The notes under the pieces were generated by a model. That model had not been told where the DNA came from, made no database searches, and saw only the letters and a program-made list of their open reading frames with translations. Positions 57,064 to 64,000 of a stretch of 64,000 bases of DNA are shown piece after piece. This DNA is from Candidatus Kerfeldbacteria bacterium. GTDB lineage: Bacteria; Patescibacteriota; Patescibacteriia; UBA9570; XYC2-FULL-38-9. Numbering within the stretch: the stretch's first letter is position 1; each line of letters opens with the position of its first letter. The stretch spans positions 15,444 through 79,443 of the forward strand of contig JBDRKW010000006.1 in NCBI GenBank assembly GCA_043813585.1, read 5' to 3'. Both the position numbers and the translations under genes were made by a program.

Positions 57064-57504
57064 TCACTGCAAAAGTGTCCGCTGCTCTTGTTCGCCGGGC
57101 TGCGCCTGCACTTCATCGCACAAGGCGTACCGGCGCAGAATAAGCGCATTCTGCCGCTCTGACACCGCAACCTCCACCGCGCCGTACGAGCCAGTTGCGG
57201 CAAAGCGGTAAACGCCATCCCCGGCCTCCAGTGCCTTCGCCCACTTGAACGTAGTGCGCCAGACCGGGCTTGAAGGGTCGGTCTCCCAGGGTGCGTCTGC
57301 CGAAGAGCGGCAGAACCGGACCCGGAAGATCACCCGCAGCTGGTTCTTATGCGGCTCGACGACTTTCACGCGGCCGCCGAACTGGTGGCCGGTTTCAAGC
57401 TCGGTAACAACCAGATCACCAGCGATAACCCCAAAAGGAATCGCAGTCAGCATCTTTGCCTTGCCGGACAAATCGGGCTTCTTGACTCCGCGGCCTTTTT
57501 GCAT
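57064..57504 (-). CDS. hypothetical protein (146 aa)
   Basis: Start at the second ATG (MQKGRG), preceded by a GGAGGGGG SD. No recognisable motif. Confidence 0.45.
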   Translation of the reverse strand: MQKGRGVKKPDLSGKAKMLTAIPFGVIAGDLVVTELETGHQFGGRVKVVEPHKNQLRVIFRVRFCRSSADAPWETDPSSPVWRTTFKWAKALEAGDGVYRFAATGSYGAVEVAVSERQNALILRRYALCDEVQAQPGEQEQRTLLQ

Positions 57505-57583
57505 GGCATCCCCCTCCAATGGATGAATGGCGATTGTGCTAGGCGATGTTCAGGGTATGGGAGCATACCTGCTTTGTCAATAA

Positions 57584-57608
57584 CAAAAACTCCCGTTGCC
57601 GGGAGTTA
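57584..57608 (-). terminator. rho-independent terminator after the 57633..58709 gene
   Basis: Minus-strand RNA AACUCCCGGCAACGGGAGUUUUUGUU (perfect 8-bp stem). Confidence 0.65.
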
Positions 57609-57632
57609 ATTACTTGCTTGATTCAACAGGAG

Positions 57633-58709
57633 CTAGTAAACGTTCAGTCGCGTTGAGCTGACAAAACCAAACTGCTCATTGAAGTCTTTAATGTTATGGA
57701 CACTTACTGCGCGCAATCCGAATGTTTCAGCATTCACGTCGTACATCTCCTGCAGGAAGGCCTGCTGGTCGCCGATATTGGCCCAGCGCGCCGACGTAAG
57801 ATAGACCCACACGGTGTCCAGCGCCTCATCAATTTCATATTCCCCAATCTGGCCAGTTTCTATCAGGTTATCGAAATACACGCGGCCGTCAGCATATTCT
57901 GCCGGTTCCTGTGCTTGTTCTTCCTCTTCCTTCTTTTTCTCGTCTTCTTTCTTTCTGGCTTCTTCTTCTCTAATCCGCTGCTCTTCCGCCAACCGCTCAA
58001 GCTCCGCCTGGCGTTCCTGTTCAGCCAACTCTTCTGCTGACAGTTCGCGATACAGTGTCATGCGCAAAACCGCCGTTCCGTGCACGCCGAACGATGCAAA
58101 AAAATGGTTGTTGACCGCCAAAATATCGATGGGGTTCGTACCTTCCGTCAATTCATAATCGTAGACAAACTCTCCGTTGTCGACCGGAACCTCAAGGTTG
58201 TTGATGTAGATCAATGATTTGGCCGGGCTGACCTTCCCCTTAAACGTCACAAAACGGTCCTGCGCCACAATACCGTCAGCCGGTTCGGTAATCGTGACCG
58301 TCGGCGCCCGGTTGATGACAAAGTGGAACACGCCCAGAGCAAGCACCAACAGCACAATGGCCGTCAATTCTGTCTGGTCGATGCTATCCCGCCATGTCCG
58401 TTTCCAGACAAACCAGATCATCAAAATTGGGATGACGATATACCAAAAATAGAGACCCAGAAAAAGTAGCGGGATTATCCACACCAGTTTCCACAAATCC
58501 TTTTTCTCGAATTTTTTTTTGCCGAAAATCGCCTCGCCTTTCTTAAGCTCCGTATCTGTTTTTACCCCCTCTTCCACTGTGTCTTCCTCCTTCTCCTCTG
58601 TAACATACAAAACGTGCTCTTCAATGGTGTTTGTGAACTCCAAACCGCAATGCCTGCAAACGTTTGCATTGTCGTTATTCGAATATTCACACTGTGGACA
58701 TGTGATCAT
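57633..58709 (-). CDS. membrane protein with an N-terminal double zinc ribbon, two TM helices, an extracytoplasmic Ig-like domain and a charged coiled coil
   Basis: CPQCEYSNNDNANVCRHCG at the N-terminus. TM at 70-100 and 110-130. EQERQAELERLAEEQRIREEEARKKEDEKKKEEEE stretch. Confidence 0.5.
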   Translation of the reverse strand: MITCPQCEYSNNDNANVCRHCGLEFTNTIEEHVLYVTEEKEEDTVEEGVKTDTELKKGEAIFGKKKFEKKDLWKLVWIIPLLFLGLYFWYIVIPILMIWFVWKRTWRDSIDQTELTAIVLLVLALGVFHFVINRAPTVTITEPADGIVAQDRFVTFKGKVSPAKSLIYINNLEVPVDNGEFVYDYELTEGTNPIDILAVNNHFFASFGVHGTAVLRMTLYRELSAEELAEQERQAELERLAEEQRIREEEARKKEDEKKKEEEEQAQEPAEYADGRVYFDNLIETGQIGEYEIDEALDTVWVYLTSARWANIGDQQAFLQEMYDVNAETFGLRAVSVHNIKDFNEQFGFVSSTRLNVY

Positions 58710-58797
58710 AAGATGATTATTTCCTCTTTATTGTACTAATAAAACAGTTGATTTGCAACTATGAAAACGCCTCCCGGGAAGGGATGTATTTTACTTT

Positions 58798-58812
58798 GGC
58801 ACCCGCACGGGG
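58798..58812. repeat. 15-nt partial copy of the tRNA-Glu 3' end (GGCACCCGCACGGGG), att-core-like direct repeat
   Basis: 14 nt are identical to 60755..60768, which is the tRNA-Glu T-stem/acceptor 3' strand read on the + strand. Confidence 0.55.
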
Positions 58813-58822
58813 TGAGTTCCGA

Positions 58823-60655
58823 TCATTTCTCGAATTTTGCGCCGCACTGGCTGCAGAAATTCTTGCGGGTCTCCAAATCGCGCCCGCAGCTTGGGCAGTG
58901 ATAAAAGTTATCGATCACCTCAAGGGCAATACTGGTAAACCGTTCAATCCCGGCCATTGCCTGAGGAGCGCCACGATGAATACTACGTTCGGGAAATCCG
59001 ATGTCCTTCTCACCGCTTCTCTTTGATATTTCATTGCTTTCTCTCCAGTTCATAAGCGCTCTGGATGGATCACCGCCCGTATAATAAATAATCTTTGAAG
59101 ACCGCTGCTCTGGGTGCTGACTAAAATATTCTTCCCAATATTCTTTTGAAAATATTGTATCTTCTGCTCTCACATAGTACATATCTTCGTAGGATAAGAT
59201 CTTCTGGATTTCGAAAGCTCTATACGGTTCTGGCTCCGTCACCATACCTGTATCAATATTGTGCCGCACAGCTTTAAGTCCAGATAAATAATTATTGTTA
59301 AGAAGAATATCTTGAATTCGAGGATCTTGTATACCAAACATCTCTATAATTTTGTTTCGAAATTCATCAAGGAATTCGTTATGTTCAACACTTCCAGATT
59401 TTTCATACAGACGCTCGTCAGCATCGAATTGCTCTATAAATGAATGGAGAGAATCTGATTGCAGAAAACTATCTATTGCCTTGATATTGTCTATCTGAAC
59501 TCTAGGTCGCCTTTTTTCGTCCAGTTCATATTGCGAACCATTTCGAGGATCCACCCGTGCGTCTTCAGGGATAAACACCAATGCGGCATTTAGATCTAAT
59601 CCTTCCTGCTCATTGGCCCATACCCACTGATCGTTTCGTTTTGGTATCGTCGCTTCAGTTAGTTGACCGTTAAAATAATATTGCGAAGCGATAAATGCGG
59701 AAGGATATGCAATGAATATTTCATTCTTGGTCTCCGCGCCATAATAATCATCCGACACAGCTTCGGTTGCAAAATGAACGGCCATCGAATCGGAATAATG
59801 TCCCGGCATCAACGGATGAGCCTGTATTGCATCATCATTCATATCCCTAAGGATTTCGAGCGCTTGAGTGCGAGAAAGATAAGGCAGCTTAAGAAAATTT
59901 GCGATTGCAGCAGACTTTTGTTTTTCAACAAGGTGTACACCAAGCGGCGGACGCAACCGACCATCGTCCAGTATATTTTTAAAACCGTCATGAAACTCTC
60001 CTACACCTTTGGTATGGAATGCAAGACTTGAATGATCACGAATTCCCTGCCGTGTCACATGAGTCACCATCTCTCCCGGAAAACGCTTTAGGAGGAGTGC
60101 ATATTCATCGACTGACAAAGAAGCAAGGTGTTCCTCTGAAAAATTTGTAACAATATCTTCTTGAGTAAAAGGACTGTTGGCCCATTTTTCTGCCTCTTCC
60201 TTATAAAAATTGTCTAGAAGTACTTGCTCATCCCGGAAGTGCCTAGGAAGGTTAGCGCTTATCTCTTCAGCTATCGCAGCTGCCTTTACCGAGTCACTTT
60301 TTTGGATCTCTTGAAGTTGCATCCATTCTTTCTCACCTAATTTAAAGTCAGCCTCGAGGGAACGATATTCCAAACAGTTCGATATTTCTTCAACCATGCC
60401 GTCATCCATATCTTCCAGCTGTTCATTCAGCTGGCCAAGCCGTTCCAGTAATTCTTGCATGTATTTTTCCCGCTCGCTCATTTCCTGCTTCAACTCAGCA
60501 TGCTTTGGCTGCAATTCAGCATCATTTTTTTCTTGCTCTAAACGAGCCGCACGCTGTTCCGCGCGCTTTGCTCGAATTTCCTTCGCAAGCTTCTGCCGTT
60601 CTTCAGGCGAGCGCTCCTTAGAAAATTTCCGTAAAAATTGTGGCCGTCTTATCAT
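58823..60655 (-). CDS. hypothetical 610-aa protein with an N-terminal coiled coil and a C-terminal CxxC..CxxC zinc ribbon. Sole gene between the tRNA-Glu 3' end and its repeat.
   Basis: C-terminus HCPSCGRDLETRKNFCSQCGAKF. Start taken at MIRRPQF. The tracked ORF extends to 60715 into the tRNA terminator. Confidence 0.5.
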   Translation of the reverse strand: MIRRPQFLRKFSKERSPEERQKLAKEIRAKRAEQRAARLEQEKNDAELQPKHAELKQEMSEREKYMQELLERLGQLNEQLEDMDDGMVEEISNCLEYRSLEADFKLGEKEWMQLQEIQKSDSVKAAAIAEEISANLPRHFRDEQVLLDNFYKEEAEKWANSPFTQEDIVTNFSEEHLASLSVDEYALLLKRFPGEMVTHVTRQGIRDHSSLAFHTKGVGEFHDGFKNILDDGRLRPPLGVHLVEKQKSAAIANFLKLPYLSRTQALEILRDMNDDAIQAHPLMPGHYSDSMAVHFATEAVSDDYYGAETKNEIFIAYPSAFIASQYYFNGQLTEATIPKRNDQWVWANEQEGLDLNAALVFIPEDARVDPRNGSQYELDEKRRPRVQIDNIKAIDSFLQSDSLHSFIEQFDADERLYEKSGSVEHNEFLDEFRNKIIEMFGIQDPRIQDILLNNNYLSGLKAVRHNIDTGMVTEPEPYRAFEIQKILSYEDMYYVRAEDTIFSKEYWEEYFSQHPEQRSSKIIYYTGGDPSRALMNWRESNEISKRSGEKDIGFPERSIHRGAPQAMAGIERFTSIALEVIDNFYHCPSCGRDLETRKNFCSQCGAKFEK

Positions 60656-60715
60656 AAAAAAACCGTTTACTAGATTTATACTAGCAATAAAGGCCGAGAA
60701 ATAGCAACACTTCAC

Positions 60716-60752
60716 AAAAAAAGCGCGCTCCCAGATGGGAGAGCGCTTTCTG
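60716..60752 (-). terminator. rho-independent terminator 3' of tRNA-Glu
   Basis: Minus-strand RNA AAAGCGCUCUCCCAUCUGGGAGCGCGCUUUUUUUGUG. Confidence 0.7.
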
Positions 60753-60755
60753 TAG

Positions 60756-60827
60756 CACCCGCACGGGGAATCGAACCCCGATTACCAGGATGAGAACCTG
60801 GCGTCCTGACCGTTAGACGATGCGGGC
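60756..60827 (-). tRNA. tRNA-Glu (anticodon CUC). CCA not encoded.
   Basis: The reverse complement GCCCGCATCGTCTAACGGTCAGGACGCCAGGTTCTCATCCTGGTAATCGGGGTTCGATTCCCCGTGCGGGTG gives a cloverleaf with an anticodon stem CCAGG/CCTGG and loop TTCTCAT. The D-arm resembles E. coli tRNA-Glu. There is a G1:U72 wobble. Confidence 0.8.
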
Positions 60828-60879
60828 ATAGTTCAACCGGATCATATGACCCGGTTGAAAATAATAACAGGTTTCAAAT

Positions 60880-61908
60880 TTATTTCAAGTCCTTGCCGAT
60901 CTCGATCACCTGCTCGACCATCCGCTTGGAATAGCCGTATTCATTGTCATACCAGGCAACCACTTTTAACAGATTGCCGGCAACGACATTGGTCATCTGT
61001 AAATCTACTACGCACGACAGCGGGTTGCCGATAATATCAGTGGAAACCAGCGGATCATTGGTCACGCCCAGGATACCTTTGAGGTCTTCTGATTCTGACG
61101 CTTTTGTCAGAGCTTCATTAATCTCTTCGATTGTCGCATCCTTTTTCAGAACCGCGGTAATATCGCTCAGCGAACCGACAGGAACCGGAACGCGTATGGA
61201 GATGCCGTCGAACTTGCCCTGGATCGAAGGTATTGTCAGGCCGGTCGCTTTTGCCGCACCTGTGGTTGTGGGGATAATGTTAATGCCTGCGCTTCGCGCC
61301 CGCCTCGGATCCTTGTGCGAACCATCCACCAGGTTCTGGTCTGCAGTGTACGCATGCACGGTGGTCATCATCGCTTTCTCGATGCCGAATGTCTCTTCCA
61401 AAATCTTCATGATCGGAGCGATGCAGTTCGTGGTGCAGGATGCGTTCGAAATGACTTTTTCTTTGTTCGCGTCGAGATCCTTGTGGTTAACACCCATCAC
61501 ATACGTGCCCACCGGATCGTCGCCTTTTGCCGGCGCTGAAATAATCACGGTCTTTGCGCCTGCCTGGAGATGCATGGATGCCTGCTCCTTGGTGCGGAAC
61601 ACGCCGGTGCATTCCAGCACCACATCGATATCAAGATCCTTCCATGGAAGCTTTGACGGGTCGAGCTCTGTAATCTTCTTGATCTTCACGCCGTCAACGA
61701 CCATATTGTCGCCATCGACCGTGATTTCGCCGGGAAACGAATGGTACACGGAATCGTACTTCAGCTTGAAAGCGGCATCTTCTACCGTGCCCGGATCGTT
61801 AATTGCGACGATATCCAGATCATCCAGGTGCTCACTGAACGCGACGCGGAACACGGACGACCCGATCCTCCCAAAACCATTGATGGCTACTCGTGTTTTT
61901 TTTGCCAT
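60880..61908 (-). CDS. gap: glyceraldehyde-3-phosphate dehydrogenase
   Basis: INGFGRIGSSV NAD-binding motif and the active site ASCTTNC. Confidence 0.9.
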   Translation of the reverse strand: MAKKTRVAINGFGRIGSSVFRVAFSEHLDDLDIVAINDPGTVEDAAFKLKYDSVYHSFPGEITVDGDNMVVDGVKIKKITELDPSKLPWKDLDIDVVLECTGVFRTKEQASMHLQAGAKTVIISAPAKGDDPVGTYVMGVNHKDLDANKEKVISNASCTTNCIAPIMKILEETFGIEKAMMTTVHAYTADQNLVDGSHKDPRRARSAGINIIPTTTGAAKATGLTIPSIQGKFDGISIRVPVPVGSLSDITAVLKKDATIEEINEALTKASESEDLKGILGVTNDPLVSTDIIGNPLSCVVDLQMTNVVAGNLLKVVAWYDNEYGYSKRMVEQVIEIGKDLK

Positions 61909-61925
61909 ATACTCGGGTTACTTAT

Positions 61926-62429
61926 TTATATGAATGAAAATATCCCTAACGATAACGCAGTAACAATTGTGGCTGCAATTATAACACCGATAAAAATCAG
62001 CGGCAACGCCTTTTTAAACGGAATTCCGAAGAGCCACGCGGCCAGCGATCCGGTCCACGCGCCGGTCACGGGCAGCGGAATGGCGACAAATAAGATAAGC
62101 GCCAGGTCGCCCCAGCGCGCATGCTTCTTATAAAACTTCCGCCGCGTGCGCTCAAACAGCCAGCTGAAGAATTTCTCCATAAGAGCCGAGTGTTTGCGCA
62201 GGAAATCCGACACCGGTTCGATGAACAGCAAAATGAAAAACACGGGGATCATGTTGCCCACAACCGCCAGGAGCGCAACCGTCCACCACGCCATGTCGTA
62301 GCCGCCGATGCCGGCCGGGATCGCGCCGCGCAGTTCAAAAATCGGCAGCATGGCGATCACAATCACCGCCAGTTGTTCTGGGATATTTTGAAATATTTCT
62401 ACGGGGTCAATTCCAAGCATAGTGGTCAA
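61926..62429 (-). CDS. small membrane protein of the putative small multidrug export (Sm_multidrug_ex/COG2426) family
   Basis: 167 aa, 4 TM helices, and the ELRGAIPAG motif. Confidence 0.5.
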   Translation of the reverse strand: MTTMLGIDPVEIFQNIPEQLAVIVIAMLPIFELRGAIPAGIGGYDMAWWTVALLAVVGNMIPVFFILLFIEPVSDFLRKHSALMEKFFSWLFERTRRKFYKKHARWGDLALILFVAIPLPVTGAWTGSLAAWLFGIPFKKALPLIFIGVIIAATIVTALSLGIFSFI

Positions 62430-63438
62430 ATGTCCAGGTGAGTAATTTTTTCATCTCTGCAAAGCGTGATGAATCGGATTCGGTATTGAGCACGACGGCA
62501 ATGACATAGCGGTCCGTGCCCGGCACCTTTGCCTTCACCACCAGGCAATACCCCGCTTCAATTAAATACCCGGTCTTGCCGACCACAACATCAACCGTGT
62601 CGTCAAACAATAACGCGTTCGTTGCTGTTGCAACCACCTGCAGGCCGCCGAGCGTGGAATAGGCATACTCCGGCATGGCCGACGCTTCGGCAATCGTCGG
62701 CTTCGAAAACGCCTCAAGCGCGAGCAGTGCGACATCATGCACGGTCGCGCGGTTGGTCGTGTACAGCCCGGTCTGGTCGCGGAACGTCGTGTTCTGCATG
62801 CCGATCGCCTTCGCCTTGCGGTTCATCTTCTTAACAAACTCCTCGTCCGTGAGGCCGGTGGTATGCGCGAGCGCCAGCGCCGCATCATTATAGGAAGCGA
62901 CCAGCATGGTACGCAGCAGGTCCTGTGCCGTCACCTGCGAACCGTACGGCAGCTGCAGCTCTTTGCCCAGCGTGACATCCTCTTCCGGGGCAAACGTATG
63001 GACATGTTCAAACCCGTCTTCCGGCTTGTTCGAAAGCCATACGAGCGCGGTCATCAGTTTGGTAATGGAAGCAATGGATGCAACATCGTCCGGATTTTTC
63101 TGCCACAATATGTTCTTCGACCCCTGGTCAAGCACAATCGCCGCGCCGGCATTGATCACCGGTCCGCGCGTATAGTCCTTGGGCACGGGCGGCTTCTCCT
63201 GATCCGGAACCTTCTTCTCCAACCGCCACTGGAATTCTTCTTTCTTGGCAGCGTTGTTTGCTTCCGCCTGTTCGGCCTGTTCTGCTTGCTCTGCCAGCTT
63301 CGCCTGTTCCGCGGCGCCCTCTTCAATCCGTTCAATAATCGTCGGTACAATATAAACATCCTGCTGCAGCGCATCCGGCAACGGAATGCCCAGCAGGTAA
63401 GAAATAATCGTTAAACTGAGGATAAAATGGTTAAACAT
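62407..63438 (-). CDS. D-alanyl-D-alanine carboxypeptidase (PBP5/6-like, peptidase S11)
   Basis: SITK (SxxK) active-site motif. N-terminal anchor and a repeated AEQ linker. Confidence 0.75.
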   Translation of the reverse strand: MFNHFILSLTIISYLLGIPLPDALQQDVYIVPTIIERIEEGAAEQAKLAEQAEQAEQAEANNAAKKEEFQWRLEKKVPDQEKPPVPKDYTRGPVINAGAAIVLDQGSKNILWQKNPDDVASIASITKLMTALVWLSNKPEDGFEHVHTFAPEEDVTLGKELQLPYGSQVTAQDLLRTMLVASYNDAALALAHTTGLTDEEFVKKMNRKAKAIGMQNTTFRDQTGLYTTNRATVHDVALLALEAFSKPTIAEASAMPEYAYSTLGGLQVVATATNALLFDDTVDVVVGKTGYLIEAGYCLVVKAKVPGTDRYVIAVVLNTESDSSRFAEMKKLLTWTFDHYAWN

Positions 63439-63440
63439 GG

Positions 63441-64000
63441 TTACAGGATGTCCTGGCGCGTTATTTCGATGATTTCGCCCGGTTTCATGGTGCCAATCTT
63501 CACCTTCCCGATACGGACGCGTTTTAACATTGTAACAGAATTCCCGACCGCTTCAACCATCCGGCGGATCTGCCGCTTCCACCCCTGTTTCAGCACAATT
63601 CGGAATTTTTTCCTGCCCAGCCGCTCGACTTCCGCCTTGCCCGTGTTCCCTTCCTGAAGGGAAATGCCTTTAGCGAGCTGTTTCAATTTTTCATCGTGAA
63701 TGACGTCCTGCAGTTCAACATAATATTCCTTTTCATGTTCAAACGACGGATGCGTCAGCTCCTGGATGAGCGAACCGTCATCAGTCAGGATCAGCAGCCC
63801 TTCCGACAATCGGTCCAGGCGGCCGGCGGGCTTCAACCCCTGATACTGTTTTGGCAGCGCATCATGAAGCGTTGCAACCGCATGCGGATCGCTCAGGGTT
63901 GTCGTTACTCCGACCGGCTTGTACCACGCAACTGTGGTCGTCTTGCCGGGCAGCGACACTGCTGTACCGTCAACTTCAACAACATCACTATCTTTCACAT
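63441..64000 (-). CDS. pseudouridine synthase, RsuA/RluB family (5' end lies beyond the window)
   Basis: Catalytic motif GRLDRLSEGLLILTDDG. The S4-domain N-terminus continues past nt 64000. Confidence 0.75.
   Translation of the reverse strand, partial: VKDSDVVEVDGTAVSLPGKTTTVAWYKPVGVTTTLSDPHAVATLHDALPKQYQGLKPAGRLDRLSEGLLILTDDGSLIQELTHPSFEHEKEYYVELQDVIHDEKLKQLAKGISLQEGNTGKAEVERLGRKKFRIVLKQGWKRQIRRMVEAVGNSVTMLKRVRIGKVKIGTMKPGEIIEITRQDIL

Noticed and set aside
56592-57218. 208-aa ORF on the - strand spanning the iscS start to the 146-aa gene
   Set aside because: Arg-rich (ARRARRARR) and overlaps two coding regions and a promoter. The short basic ORF in another frame, with an SD, is a better candidate.
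60843-60870. 9-bp hairpin TTCAACCGG..CCGGTTGAA between gap and tRNA-Glu
   Set aside because: Not followed by a U-run on either strand. More likely a processing or spacer structure than a terminator.
1-64000. CRISPR arrays, rRNA genes, integrases/transposases
   Set aside because: No spaced direct-repeat arrays, no rRNA-like conserved stretches and no recombinase/transposase motifs were seen on either strand. The tRNA-associated repeats have no integrase.

Overview
This 64 kb window is a densely coded bacterial chromosomal segment with genes on both strands, two tRNAs and no rRNA or CRISPR array. Several housekeeping proteins are unusually short (HrcA 238 aa, SufD 279 aa, TsaB-like 130 aa), many genes lack a Shine-Dalgarno, and perfect TTGACA -35 boxes recur, which would fit a small-genome, possibly Patescibacteria/CPR-like organism. 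That taxonomic placement is inference only. Core content: a partial DUF2207 membrane protein, an AI-2E transporter, truB, a PduO-type cobalamin adenosyltransferase, a large NHL/IPT protein, the dcw cluster (mraZ-rsmH-ftsL-ftsI), a histidine kinase, pepA, a Ser/Thr kinase, a complete sufCBDSU operon, dnaX, corA, cysS, gap, a PBP5-like carboxypeptidase, and hrcA-grpE-dnaK-dnaJ behind a sigma70 promoter with a perfect CIRCE operator. Main hunt results: (1) a cobalamin riboswitch on the minus strand controlling two secreted DUF4430 (BtuG/transcobalamin-like) proteins with no transporter nearby. (2) Three compositionally distinct high-GC insertions whose opposite strands carry long Arg/Gly/Pro/His-rich artefact ORFs: a lipoprotein at 6949..8394, an SPFH-like plus 549-aa membrane-protein pair at about 12.1-15.1 kb, and a FadB-like gene at 33.9-35.9 kb. 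(3) Both tRNAs (Gln-CUG, Glu-CUC) have a direct repeat of their 3' end a short distance downstream (18 nt at 165 bp for Gln; 14 nt at 1.9 kb for Glu, enclosing a single 610-aa zinc-ribbon gene). (4) A stand-alone promoter, 35-aa hydrophobic peptide and terminator unit, and an untracked 56-codon basic Cys-containing ORF with its own promoter. (5) An orphan VirB4-like ATPase cluster. (6) A cyanophycin-synthetase-like ATP-grasp lacking the ligase half. All coordinates and motifs are read directly from the sequence. Family assignments rest on recognisable motifs and were not checked against any database.
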